From an uncultured Bacilli bacterium (lineage in GTDB: Bacteria; Bacillota_I; Bacilli_A; RF39; UBA660), in the NCBI GenBank assembly GCA_947624085.1, contig CANQIK010000002.1:7639-71638 (forward strand): DNA of 64,000 bases, in the 5' to 3' direction. The notes below the pieces were generated by a model. That model searched no databases. It saw only the letters and a list, made by a program, of their open reading frames with translations, and was not told where the DNA came from. The position numbers were made by a program, and so were the translations under genes. Positions 8,818 to 18,212 of the stretch are shown piece after piece; the first letter of the stretch is position 1; the number at the start of each line of letters is the position of its first letter.

Positions 8818-9275
8818 TGACTTTTACGGGAACTAAAGCTGAAATAAACCAATTTTTATATAAGCTTGATAAAGATACTACCTGGGATATAAAAATCGAT
8901 AAGCATAGGGAAAAACGAAGCCTAGAGGCTAACGCATATAGTTGGGTTTTACAAAATGAAATTAGTAATGTATTAAGACTATCAAAAGAAGAAGTGCACT
9001 TCCAAATGTTAAAGGACTATGGCCAACGAGATTATATAAGTGCACTTGCTTCTGTAAATATTGCTAACTATTATGACTACTTTGAAGAAAAGAGTACATT
9101 TAAACAAAATGGCAAGGTCTTTAAAAGCTATGTTGTCTATCGAGGCACACATACTTATGATTCAAGAGAGATGAGTATCTTCATAGATGGTGTAGTTCAA
9201 GAAGCAAGAAACTTAGGAATAGAAACTTTAGAAGATAGAGAAATAGAAAAATTAATAAAGGAGATGGAAAAGTGA
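8814..9275 (+). CDS. NinB/Orf-like recombination mediator (tentative)
   Basis: RSLEANAYSWVL resembles the NinB RSLDQNRKLWACL segment. Its position between the nuclease and ssb fits. Confidence 0.4.
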   Translation: MMTFTGTKAEINQFLYKLDKDTTWDIKIDKHREKRSLEANAYSWVLQNEISNVLRLSKEEVHFQMLKDYGQRDYISALASVNIANYYDYFEEKSTFKQNGKVFKSYVVYRGTHTYDSREMSIFIDGVVQEARNLGIETLEDREIEKLIKEMEK

Positions 9276-9694
9276 ACAAAGTTATTTTAACAGGAAGACT
9301 TACAAAGAACCCTGAATCAAGAATGGCCGGTAATGTTGAAGCATCAACATTTAGGCTAGCTTGTGATAACGGATTTACTGATAAAAATGGAGAGCGAGAT
9401 ACAGAATTTATTGAGTGTGTAGCATTTAATAAAACCGCTGAAATAATCAATAAATTTTGTCAAAAAGGTTCATTAATATCAGTACAAGGAAGAATTAAAA
9501 ATAGTTCTTACGAAAAAGATGGAGTAAAAAAATATTCTTCAAGAATTGTTGCTGAACATCTAGAATTTTTAAGCAGTGCCAAGAGTAATGAATCAACATC
9601 AGAAACACCTAAGATAGAAGAAACTGGAGGCGAAGATCCATACGCAGCATTTGGTAATGAGGTTGAAATAGACCCTAACGACTTACCATTTTAG
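9272..9694 (+). CDS. ssb: Single-stranded DNA-binding protein
   Basis: OB fold MNKVILTGRLTKNPE...; acidic C-terminal tail ending DLPF. Confidence 0.9.
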   Translation: MNKVILTGRLTKNPESRMAGNVEASTFRLACDNGFTDKNGERDTEFIECVAFNKTAEIINKFCQKGSLISVQGRIKNSSYEKDGVKKYSSRIVAEHLEFLSSAKSNESTSETPKIEETGGEDPYAAFGNEVEIDPNDLPF

Positions 9695-9702
9695 AGGTAA
9701 TT

Positions 9703-9894
9703 ATGGATAAAGATTATAAACAACTTTATGAGTTGGAGAAAAGTAATAATTACATATTGAACTCTAAATTACAAAAAGAGAGAAAAGATAATCAAAAAAT
9801 TATTCTAGAACTTAAGAAAAAAGTTAAAGAACTAGAAGATAAAATATATAAGCTTGAAAACAAGCAATTATCAATGGAGGAGTATAATGAGTAA
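9703..9894 (+). CDS. Hypothetical coiled-coil protein
   Basis: 63 aa. Part of a run of back-to-back + strand early genes with RBSs. Confidence 0.45.
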   Translation: MDKDYKQLYELEKSNNYILNSKLQKERKDNQKIILELKKKVKELEDKIYKLENKQLSMEEYNE

Positions 9895-10087
9895 TTCCTT
9901 TTTAGATTACATACTTACAAAATACAAGCTTGATGAAGATATTGACAACTTTTTAGAGAGATTAATAAGAAATGAATTAACCTTAGAAGAAAGAGAAAGT
10001 ATAGTTAATTACTTGAGATACACCTTAAACGAAACTAAAAGACTTATAGAAAGGTTAAAAGATGAAGAACAAAATAACAATGTATGA
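9854..10087 (+). CDS. Hypothetical protein
   Basis: 77 aa in the early-gene run. Confidence 0.45.
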   Translation: MKTSNYQWRSIMSNSFLDYILTKYKLDEDIDNFLERLIRNELTLEERESIVNYLRYTLNETKRLIERLKDEEQNNNV

Positions 10088-10490
10088 ATTAATAGGACTT
10101 ATTAAAGATGGTAAAGCACCTAAAAATATTAAATATAATGACGAGATTTTTGAATATGACAAAAGATACAATTATATATCTCAAGATGGAAATTTGCTAT
10201 TTGGTGATTATATATATGAACTTTATTATACTCCTAGCACTTTAAATAAAATAGTTGAAGTTTCACCAGAAAAACATGATGAGTGGGAAGTTATAGAAGA
10301 ACTAAATTATACTTTGCCATCTACGCATGAAAAAGGAAAATTAATTAATAAAGATGGAAATTATAATACATTAAGAAAAATAGATATTACAATTCTTGAG
10401 AAAGTAAATCAACTTATTAATAATCAAAAAGTTTTAAAGGAAAGACTAGATAAAAATGACAACAAAAGAAGAGAAGGAAGGTTAAAATGA
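10062..10490 (+). CDS. Hypothetical protein (paralog of 10487..10870)
   Basis: Shares N-terminus I-T-(M/L)-Y-(E/D)-L-I...KAP(K/R) and a C-terminal NQK(V/Y)LKERLD with the next gene. Confidence 0.5.
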   Translation: MKNKITMYELIGLIKDGKAPKNIKYNDEIFEYDKRYNYISQDGNLLFGDYIYELYYTPSTLNKIVEVSPEKHDEWEVIEELNYTLPSTHEKGKLINKDGNYNTLRKIDITILEKVNQLINNQKVLKERLDKNDNKRREGRLK

Positions 10491-10870
10491 TGTCAGAAAT
10501 AACGCTTTATGACCTAATAAGCGCAGTAGCACATAATAAAGCCCCTAGAAAGATTGAATTTATGGGTGTTGAATTTTACTACTATGAACCAGAAAATTGG
10601 TATTATGACGATACAGGCAAAGATATATACCATCTTATAGTTTATTATGATGTTGGCAGCTGTTTGCTTAATACGGTCAAAATTTTGCAAGGTCCATGGA
10701 AAGATATACATGAAATAGACATTTGCAATAAAAAAGACAAGTATCTTGTCTCAAAGATTAATGATATTATTAAAAATCAAAAATACTTAAAAGAAAGACT
10801 TGATAACGCAAAAGATGATGTTCTATTTGATTATTGGAAAGATAAGGTAGAGAGTAAAGATGTTTTATAA
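10487..10870 (+). CDS. Hypothetical protein (paralog of 10062..10490)
   Basis: See the partner gene. ATGA overlap. Confidence 0.5.
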   Translation: MMSEITLYDLISAVAHNKAPRKIEFMGVEFYYYEPENWYYDDTGKDIYHLIVYYDVGSCLLNTVKILQGPWKDIHEIDICNKKDKYLVSKINDIIKNQKYLKERLDNAKDDVLFDYWKDKVESKDVL

Positions 10871-11123
10871 AGTTAAAGATGATATAAATTTAGAAAAACT
10901 TATCAAGTATGGTTATGAATATGGCAAAACCGATATTATGCAACCTGCTTATATTAAAGAGTTAGAATATGGAGATTATATTGCGATTTATCCTGATAAT
11001 AGAAAAATTTGCGTTTATGTAGAAGATTTTTGCGGTAATAGTTGGAGTAAGTTTGTAGATGATTTATTGCAAGATTTAAAAGAAGCAAATTTAATAGAAA
11101 AGTTGGAGGGTAAAGATGATTGA
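10860..11123 (+). CDS. Hypothetical protein
   Basis: 87 aa ending LEGKDD. The junction gagggtaaagatga runs into the next gene. Confidence 0.45.
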   Translation: MFYKVKDDINLEKLIKYGYEYGKTDIMQPAYIKELEYGDYIAIYPDNRKICVYVEDFCGNSWSKFVDDLLQDLKEANLIEKLEGKDD

Positions 11124-11349
11124 AGATTTTATGGACATTATAAAAGAGTTTGAAAGGCTAGGATATAGTTATAATTACTTTCCAGAAAGCAATGACTTTG
11201 ATTTATTCAAATCTAGAGACGATGATGGTTTGATAATGGTTATGATAGATGTTTATACGAGAAATAAATCTATTCGATTAGATGGGTGCTTTGATAAAGA
11301 AGAATTGAACCTAATTAAAAAATTAATAGAAAAGTTGGAGGAAAAATAA
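11116..11349 (+). CDS. Hypothetical protein
   Basis: 77 aa in the early-gene run. Confidence 0.45.
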   Translation: MIEDFMDIIKEFERLGYSYNYFPESNDFDLFKSRDDDGLIMVMIDVYTRNKSIRLDGCFDKEELNLIKKLIEKLEEK

Positions 11350-11350
11350 A

Positions 11351-11629
11351 ATGAGTAACAATGATGAGGTACACCTTTATTATAGTATAACAACGTCTAA
11401 AGAAAGCTGGAGACAAGAAGCATTACAGCATAGAAAAGAAAAAGAACAACTTATTTCTTTTTTGAAAGAAAATATAAGAAATAGATTAGAAACTGTTAAG
11501 TTTTATAAAAATGAAGATACTCAGTATACTATGGAAGAATTAGAAAAAATTACTAGTAAACAAATTGCTGAATTAAATGCTTATCAAGAAGTCCTAGATT
11601 TTGTGAACAAAGGTGGTAAAGATGATTAG
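11351..11629 (+). CDS. Hypothetical protein (paralog of 11613..11906)
   Basis: Shares EKEQLISFLKENI/EKQQLISFLKHLI and the C-terminal LDFVN(K/E)GGKD(D/E). Confidence 0.5.
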   Translation: MSNNDEVHLYYSITTSKESWRQEALQHRKEKEQLISFLKENIRNRLETVKFYKNEDTQYTMEELEKITSKQIAELNAYQEVLDFVNKGGKDD

Positions 11630-11906
11630 TGGAGCAAGTGAAAAAGAATTAGACTTAGCAAATGCTAGAGCAGATATAATACTAGCATTAGATAATACAG
11701 CAACTTATGAAAGCTGGTTATATATAGACGCTTATATTGAAAAATTAGAAGAAGAAAAGCAACAACTTATTTCGTTTTTAAAGCATTTAATAGGAGAAAC
11801 TGAATGTGCTTACGATTATAAAGAAAATGAATATAAAAATAGTGGCAAATGGAATTTACTTAACGAAATTTTAGATTTTGTTAATGAAGGTGGTAAAGAT
11901 GAGTGA
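11613..11906 (+). CDS. Hypothetical protein (paralog of 11351..11629)
   Basis: See the partner gene. Conserved junction ggtggtaaagatga. Confidence 0.5.
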   Translation: MVKMISGASEKELDLANARADIILALDNTATYESWLYIDAYIEKLEEEKQQLISFLKHLIGETECAYDYKENEYKNSGKWNLLNEILDFVNEGGKDE

Positions 11907-12387
11907 AGATGTTAAAGACTTTTTAGAAGAATTAAAAGAATATTCTGATGGTGGCATAAGCGGTTTATATCCACCAGAAGAAACTGTAAAAGAATTTATT
12001 GAATATAATGAACAATTACAACAACAAAATGAAGAATTAAAAAAACAATATTCGAAATTAGAAGATAAATATATTAAAAGCCAACCTTGTTGTAATGAAG
12101 ATGATTGTGCTTTATATAAAGAAAATAAAGAATTAAAAAAATATTGTTGCAAGAGGAATGATTGTGGCGGTCGTTTAAAAGAAAACCATAAGCCAACAGA
12201 CAATGAGGTTTTAACTGAATTTGAAAAGTGGCTTGAAGATATGTATAACTATATAGGTTCCACAGATGTTTCAAAAATTATAAGAGAATATTATTTTATA
12301 TTTAACATAGCCGAAATAAATGTAATGCTAAACACCATTGAGTTTGTTGCACATAAATTACAAGAATTGAAAGAAGGTAAGAAATAA
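11878..12387 (+). CDS. Hypothetical Cys-rich protein; possible zinc binding
   Basis: 169 aa with CCNEDDC...CCKRNDCGG. Confidence 0.45.
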   Translation: MLMKVVKMSEDVKDFLEELKEYSDGGISGLYPPEETVKEFIEYNEQLQQQNEELKKQYSKLEDKYIKSQPCCNEDDCALYKENKELKKYCCKRNDCGGRLKENHKPTDNEVLTEFEKWLEDMYNYIGSTDVSKIIREYYFIFNIAEINVMLNTIEFVAHKLQELKEGKK

Positions 12388-12707
12388 TGGATTTATGGAT
12401 AAGAAGTCAAGATAAAGAAGTCTTAACAAAAGTTAATAATTTATGTTATATGCGTAGAGAAGATGTATTGCACTATTTATCAGCAGATGATTTAACTGAT
12501 GACATGGAACATTTTGTATGGTCGCCTGATGGAGCAATATTAGGTACTTATAAATCAAAAGAAAGAGCATTAGAAATATTAGACAAAATACAAGAATGTA
12601 TGGAAACAAATACTTTGTTTGATTTATATTCTAGAACTGGGGTATATCCTAATGATTTTAATAAAAAATGGAACTATGTAAAAGTTTTTCAAATGCCGGA
12701 GGAGTGA
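12387..12707 (+). CDS. Hypothetical protein
   Basis: 106 aa in the early-gene run. Confidence 0.45.
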   Translation: MDLWIRSQDKEVLTKVNNLCYMRREDVLHYLSADDLTDDMEHFVWSPDGAILGTYKSKERALEILDKIQECMETNTLFDLYSRTGVYPNDFNKKWNYVKVFQMPEE

Positions 12708-12713
12708 TAAATA

Positions 12714-12917
12714 ATGAATAAAGATATTACATTAACAAAAAATTTAACATTTAACCCAATTATATGGTTAGAATTAAACAAAGAATATCCTTACCAATGG
12801 GTTGAAAAAGATGAAAAAGGTATAACACATTTTATCTTTTCTAAAAAACCAAAATATACACTTTTAGAATTTATTGAAATGAAAAATAAGATAAAGGAGC
12901 TTGGTTGGTATGAATAA
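12714..12917 (+). CDS. Hypothetical protein (N-terminus MNKDITL shared with the next gene)
   Basis: 67 aa. Tandem partial paralog. Confidence 0.45.
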   Translation: MNKDITLTKNLTFNPIIWLELNKEYPYQWVEKDEKGITHFIFSKKPKYTLLEFIEMKNKIKELGWYE

Positions 12918-13260
12918 AGATATTACATTGGAAGATTTAGGGTGGCAAGAAATAGAACCTTTTGGAATATTTAAAAAAACATATAGAAAATTAGATGAAA
13001 TAGTTGAAAATGAAGAAGAACTTAAAGAAATTGTTAAAACTGATAAAAAATTAAGATTTGTATATATTGATTTTACTGATTTATTAGGTAAAACAATTGA
13101 TATAGGTATTCAAGAAGTAAATGCTAAAATTGAAAACAATGAGATACTTGCTGAAAAATTAGGAAAAACAAGTAAAATAGCAAAAGCAAGATTAGAATTA
13201 TCAATGCAAGAATTACAAGCAATATATAACAAATGCAAAGAATTAAAATGGGTTGATTAA
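12901..13260 (+). CDS. Hypothetical protein
   Basis: 119 aa. Reads MNKDITLEDLGW... Confidence 0.45.
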   Translation: MVGMNKDITLEDLGWQEIEPFGIFKKTYRKLDEIVENEEELKEIVKTDKKLRFVYIDFTDLLGKTIDIGIQEVNAKIENNEILAEKLGKTSKIAKARLELSMQELQAIYNKCKELKWVD

Positions 13261-13412
13261 TAGAAAGAGGTAAAAATGTTAATAGTAAATAAGACAGATT
13301 TATCATACGAAGAAATAGGTAAGTTATTAGACGACATTGTAAAACAAAATAAAGGAAAAACTAGAAAAATTAGGTTATAAGTTAAGATAGGAGATGAATA
13401 AAAGATATATAA

Positions 13413-13850
13413 ATGGAATTAAAAAAAGAACTAACTATAAAAGAAATATTTGATGAGATGGCTTTTCTTAAAAGCAAGTTAATAAAATTAGCAGAAAAAT
13501 ATAATAGATCATTAATTACAGTATCAGCAGTTACATGGAAAGATATAATTACAAGCGGAGGTAAAAAGGGAGATATAATGTTAAATAGGACCATAAAAAA
13601 AGATGAATTGCATGATGAATTCGATATAGTGAAAGAATCATACGACAGTTATAAAGCTGAGGCTATAGATAAAATTAAAGATATGTTATCTAAAGAAAAC
13701 ACAGGTTATTGTATAGTTTATTTTAGAGACCAACTAAAGTGGAAATGGAAAGACATCTGTAAGTTATTTAATTATAGTTTAAGACAATGCCATAATTTAT
13801 ATAACAAAGAGAAGAGTGCACACAATTGCACACAATTGCACATTGATTAG
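13413..13850 (+). CDS. Hypothetical protein; possible late-gene regulator
   Basis: 145 aa. It is the last gene before a terminator and the packaging module. Confidence 0.45.
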   Translation: MELKKELTIKEIFDEMAFLKSKLIKLAEKYNRSLITVSAVTWKDIITSGGKKGDIMLNRTIKKDELHDEFDIVKESYDSYKAEAIDKIKDMLSKENTGYCIVYFRDQLKWKWKDICKLFNYSLRQCHNLYNKEKSAHNCTQLHID

Positions 13851-13903
13851 GTGTAGTATGATAGTATGAGATAGTTTTAATCTCAGACATTTAAACCTCA
13901 CTT

Positions 13904-13928
13904 AGGACTGTATAGTCCTTTTTTATTT
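13904..13928 (+). terminator. Rho-independent terminator
   Basis: aggact-gtat-agtcct stem-loop followed by ttttttattt. Confidence 0.5.
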
Positions 13929-14171
13929 GAGGTATAAAGGTAGTCTAAATGACTTAAAAACACTGTTCCTTTCATTTTTAATTTTGATTTTTTTATTTAC
14001 AATGATCCATTAAATCTCTTTTTTACTATTTTTTTTATATCCTTAACATATATAATTAAAATCCTTTATACCTGAAACAAGGAAGTGAGTCCCATGAGTT
14101 ACATAGAATATGATTGTGGATTAGAAGAAACCATAGATGAAGAAACAGAAGATTAAGAAAGGAAGTAGCAT

Positions 14172-14684
14172 ATGCCTAGAGGAGTGAAAACTGACAATAA
14201 GAAAATAGCTGAAATTATAACTAGCTATACATTAACTAACAACTATAATAAAACTGCAAAAGAACTTGGTGTATCTGCTAACACTGTTAAAAATATTATT
14301 AATAAACAAAAGAAAGAAAATAGCGAAGCTTTTGCAAAACTTTGCGAAGAAAAAAAAGAACTATTTGAAACAAAAGCTAATAGGATTATTGATAAGTCTT
14401 TAGAGCTAATAGAAAATAGAATAGACACCGCTAAGAACAATCAAGATGTCTTAGAAGAAATAATACAGATGGTATGGGATCAAGATAAAAAAGATTTAAA
14501 CGAAACTCAAAAGAAATCAATTGTTAATAAAATTAGTAGAATGCAATTAAATAGTTTATCAGAATTAACAACTGCACTTGGAACACTATATGATAAAATG
14601 AGACTTGCTAAAGGCGAGTCAACTGCAAATGATAAGTTTGAGGTAAATATTAAAGTGGTAGATAATGGACCTAACGATAACTAA
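14172..14684 (+). CDS. Terminase small subunit (putative)
   Basis: 170 aa with an N-terminal HTH. Immediately upstream of, and overlapping, the large terminase. Confidence 0.55.
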   Translation: MPRGVKTDNKKIAEIITSYTLTNNYNKTAKELGVSANTVKNIINKQKKENSEAFAKLCEEKKELFETKANRIIDKSLELIENRIDTAKNNQDVLEEIIQMVWDQDKKDLNETQKKSIVNKISRMQLNSLSELTTALGTLYDKMRLAKGESTANDKFEVNIKVVDNGPNDN

Positions 14685-16038
14685 AAAGCAACAATTATTT
14701 ATTAATTCTCCTGCATTTGAAACTTTATTCGGAGGTGCAGCAGGTGGAGGTAAGAGCTATGGGCAATTAGTCGATAGCTTTTTATATGCATTAAAGTACC
14801 CTAAAAGTAAACAAATTATCTTTCGTAGAACTTTCCCTGATTTAGAGAAAACTCTGGTTAGGGTAAGCCTAGAGCTTTATCCAAAGTCAGTTGCTCAATA
14901 TAACTCAAGCAAACATACCTGGACATTTAAAAATGGTTCAATTATAGATTTTGGTTATATAGATAGTGAGAAAGATGTTTACCAATATCAATCAGCAGAA
15001 TACGATGTTATTAGATTTGATGAATTAACACATTTTACTGAATACATGTATACATATATGATTTCAAGATGTCGTGGAGCAAATGGTTATCCTAAAGCAA
15101 TAAAGAGTTCTACTAACCCAGGAGGTATTGGACATACTTGGGTTAAAAAGAGATTTATCGATATAGGAGTTCCTAATGAAGTTCACGAATGTGAGCTAGA
15201 TAGTGGTAGTACGGTTACAAGAATATTTATTCCAAGTCTAATAGCAGATAATCCATTTATTCTTAATAATGACCCTGACTATATAAAAAGGCTTGATAAC
15301 CTATCTGAAAAAGACCAAAAAGCATTAAAATATGGCGACTGGGATATATACGATGGCCAATACTTTAATGAATTTGCGAGGAGAATACATGTATGCAAGC
15401 CATTTGCTATACCAGAGCATTGGAACAAGTACATATCTATGGACTACGGACTTGATAAGTTCGCAGTTTTATTCTTTGCAATTGATGAAAAAGGAACAGC
15501 CTATATTTACAACTACATTCATAAAGAGAATCTTATTGTATCTGAAGCTGCACAAACTTTAAAAAGCTATATGAGAAAAGATAAGTTTAGAGATATATAT
15601 GCTCCAAGTGATTTGTGGGGAAGAAACCGTGATACAGGTAAAAGTACATATGAAATATTCCTAGATAATGGAATCAGTTTAACTCAAGCAAGCCGAGATA
15701 GAATACCTGGATGGTTAGCAGTTAAAGAGTGGCTAAAAGTGTTAAAGGTAAGAGATGAGCAAACTGGACAGGTAAAAGAAATTAGCCATTTGGTTATCTT
15801 TGACACGGTAGAGCCATTAATTGAATATCTGCCACAAATACAACACGATGAAAAGAATCCTAATGATTGTGCAATAGAACCGCATGAATTAACACATATA
15901 TGCGATGCACTTAGATACTTTTGTATAAGCAGAACTAATGCAGCTAGGCCAATTGTTAATAAAGAAGATACATTTACCGATATATTTAAAGACACTTCTC
16001 ATTATGTTGACTATGGGGAAGAAATAAAAGTAATTTAG
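14665..16038 (+). CDS. Terminase large subunit
   Basis: Walker A GGAAGGGKSYG. Downstream acidic nuclease-like motifs. Confidence 0.85.
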   Translation: MDLTITKKQQLFINSPAFETLFGGAAGGGKSYGQLVDSFLYALKYPKSKQIIFRRTFPDLEKTLVRVSLELYPKSVAQYNSSKHTWTFKNGSIIDFGYIDSEKDVYQYQSAEYDVIRFDELTHFTEYMYTYMISRCRGANGYPKAIKSSTNPGGIGHTWVKKRFIDIGVPNEVHECELDSGSTVTRIFIPSLIADNPFILNNDPDYIKRLDNLSEKDQKALKYGDWDIYDGQYFNEFARRIHVCKPFAIPEHWNKYISMDYGLDKFAVLFFAIDEKGTAYIYNYIHKENLIVSEAAQTLKSYMRKDKFRDIYAPSDLWGRNRDTGKSTYEIFLDNGISLTQASRDRIPGWLAVKEWLKVLKVRDEQTGQVKEISHLVIFDTVEPLIEYLPQIQHDEKNPNDCAIEPHELTHICDALRYFCISRTNAARPIVNKEDTFTDIFKDTSHYVDYGEEIKVI

Positions 16039-16052
16039 AAAGGAGTTTATCA

Positions 16053-16325
16053 ATGGAAACTATAATAACATGTGCCTTATTTGGCACTTTTATTTTACTA
16101 TCTTTTGCTCTTGGATTACATTATGGATCTAAAGTTAAAAACAACCAAACTATAGGTCTTCCTGGTGCATTAAATCCAATTAAAACTATAAAAGAACAAA
16201 AAGAGCAAAAGGAACTAAAGAAGCAAATAGACATTGAACAGGAAATAGAAAGAATTAATCTGGAGAACATAGAAAATTACAACGGAAGTGAAATAGGGCA
16301 ACAAGAATTTCCAGATAGGAGGTAA
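16053..16325 (+). CDS. Small membrane protein
   Basis: 90 aa with an N-terminal TM segment. Confidence 0.4.
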   Translation: METIITCALFGTFILLSFALGLHYGSKVKNNQTIGLPGALNPIKTIKEQKEQKELKKQIDIEQEIERINLENIENYNGSEIGQQEFPDRR

Positions 16326-16330
16326 TCATA

Positions 16331-18019
16331 GTGGATACTAAAGAACTGCAAGAAACTAGAATTTGGGATTTATATGAGAAACATGTTAATTTTATGCATC
16401 AAAAACATATATATTCCGATACTGATTTAAACAATCGTATGTACAATGGCGACCAATGGTATGGATTGAAACTTAAAGATGCTGAAAAGATACAACTAAA
16501 CTTTATAAAGCAAGTAGTAAAACAAAAAGTATCTACTATTACTTCTAACTTGTTTGCAATAAATTATAGCCCTGAAAATGTGGAAAACCCAGACTTCTAT
16601 GATATGGCTCAAAAGACATGCGATTTGCTTAATAAAAAAGCTTCTAAAGTATGGGACAAGGACTACATGGATAAGAAGATAAAAAAAGTAGCAAAAAAAG
16701 CTGCAATAAATGATGAAGCTATAATCTATGTTACTTATGATTTTGAAAATAATAGCCCTTTAAATGAAGTTCTTTCAAAAAATGATGTAATGTATGGAAA
16801 TGAAAACGAAGATGAAATCCAATTACAACCTTATATTTTAATTAGACATAGAATGACATTAATTGAGATAGAAAACATTATTAAAGAAGAAGGCTTATCG
16901 GAGGAACTACTAAATCAAATATCCACTGATAACGATAATTCTACTGCCTCAGGATTAGACGCTAAATTTGAAGTAGAAGATAAAGTATGGGTAATAACTA
17001 AATTATATAAAAAAGATGGAACTATTCATTTTAGCCAAGCTACTAGATATGTAGATCTAAAAAAGGATAGAGATACAGGATTAACATTATATCCACTATC
17101 TCATTATAATTGGGAAGATGAAGAAGGAAATGCTAGAGGAGTAGGAGAAGTAAGGAATCTTATTCCTAACCAATTAGAAGTAAATAAAATAGCAATGAGG
17201 AGAGCTATTACTTCTAAGAATATTTCTTATCCACAAAGAGTGGTAAATGAAAATGCAGTTGCTGATAAAGGCAGTGTTAATAAAGTTGGTGCAACAGTAT
17301 GGTTTAAAGATATGGGAAATACTAGAGCAAGCGATGTATTTATGACTACTAGTCCTGGTCAAATAGGCGTCGATAGTGAAAAGCTACAAAACGAACTTAT
17401 TACCTTATCTAGAGATTTAAACAACGCCGGAGATGCTACAACTGGTAATATAGACCCAGAGAGTGCAAGTGGTAGAGCTATTCTAGCTGTACAAAATGCA
17501 CAAAATCAACCTTTAACTGAGCAAACAATAGGCCTAAAGTTCTTTATAGAAGATTTAGCTCGAATTTGGTTTGATATGTGGAAAACCTATGCTTCTGATG
17601 GACTTCAAATTGAAGTGGAAAATACCGATGCTACAACAGGCCAAACTTCTTTGACACTTCAAACGATTCCAAGTTATATTTTAGAAGAATTAAATGCAAG
17701 TGTAAAAGTAGATATAACACCTAAAGGTGCTTATGACAAATACGCTCAAGAGCTTTCACTAGAGAATATGTTTACTAATGACAAAATAACTTTTGAGGAA
17801 TATGTTGATTCACTAGATCCAGATAGTGTTATGCCAAAAGCAAAACTAGAAAAGATTATGAGAGATAGACAAGAAGCTCAAAGACAAATCGATGAGATAG
17901 AACAACAAGCTCAAGAGATGAAAAACCAATCCCAAATGCAAATGTTCAATCGCAGTGAAATAGAAAATATTGCTAATCAAGGTAATGAATTAATTAATCA
18001 AGCTATGCAAGAAGCTTAA
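16331..18019 (+). CDS. Portal protein (putative)
   Basis: 562 aa directly after the terminase. GTG start with RBS gataggaggtaa. Confidence 0.6.
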   Translation: MDTKELQETRIWDLYEKHVNFMHQKHIYSDTDLNNRMYNGDQWYGLKLKDAEKIQLNFIKQVVKQKVSTITSNLFAINYSPENVENPDFYDMAQKTCDLLNKKASKVWDKDYMDKKIKKVAKKAAINDEAIIYVTYDFENNSPLNEVLSKNDVMYGNENEDEIQLQPYILIRHRMTLIEIENIIKEEGLSEELLNQISTDNDNSTASGLDAKFEVEDKVWVITKLYKKDGTIHFSQATRYVDLKKDRDTGLTLYPLSHYNWEDEEGNARGVGEVRNLIPNQLEVNKIAMRRAITSKNISYPQRVVNENAVADKGSVNKVGATVWFKDMGNTRASDVFMTTSPGQIGVDSEKLQNELITLSRDLNNAGDATTGNIDPESASGRAILAVQNAQNQPLTEQTIGLKFFIEDLARIWFDMWKTYASDGLQIEVENTDATTGQTSLTLQTIPSYILEELNASVKVDITPKGAYDKYAQELSLENMFTNDKITFEEYVDSLDPDSVMPKAKLEKIMRDRQEAQRQIDEIEQQAQEMKNQSQMQMFNRSEIENIANQGNELINQAMQEA

Positions 18020-18212
18020 CACTACTTATGGGTAGTGTACTAATAATATGCCACGATATAAATCATATTGTTAGTACAGTGCTTATAAATAGCACTAATG
18101 GGAAGACTCGATAGAAATATCGGGTTTTTAATTGGTCTAATGCGTGAAGACCTTATCAAAAAAACTGTGAGTAAGTGAAGCAAAACACTTAACAAAAAAA
18201 TAGGAGGAAAAC

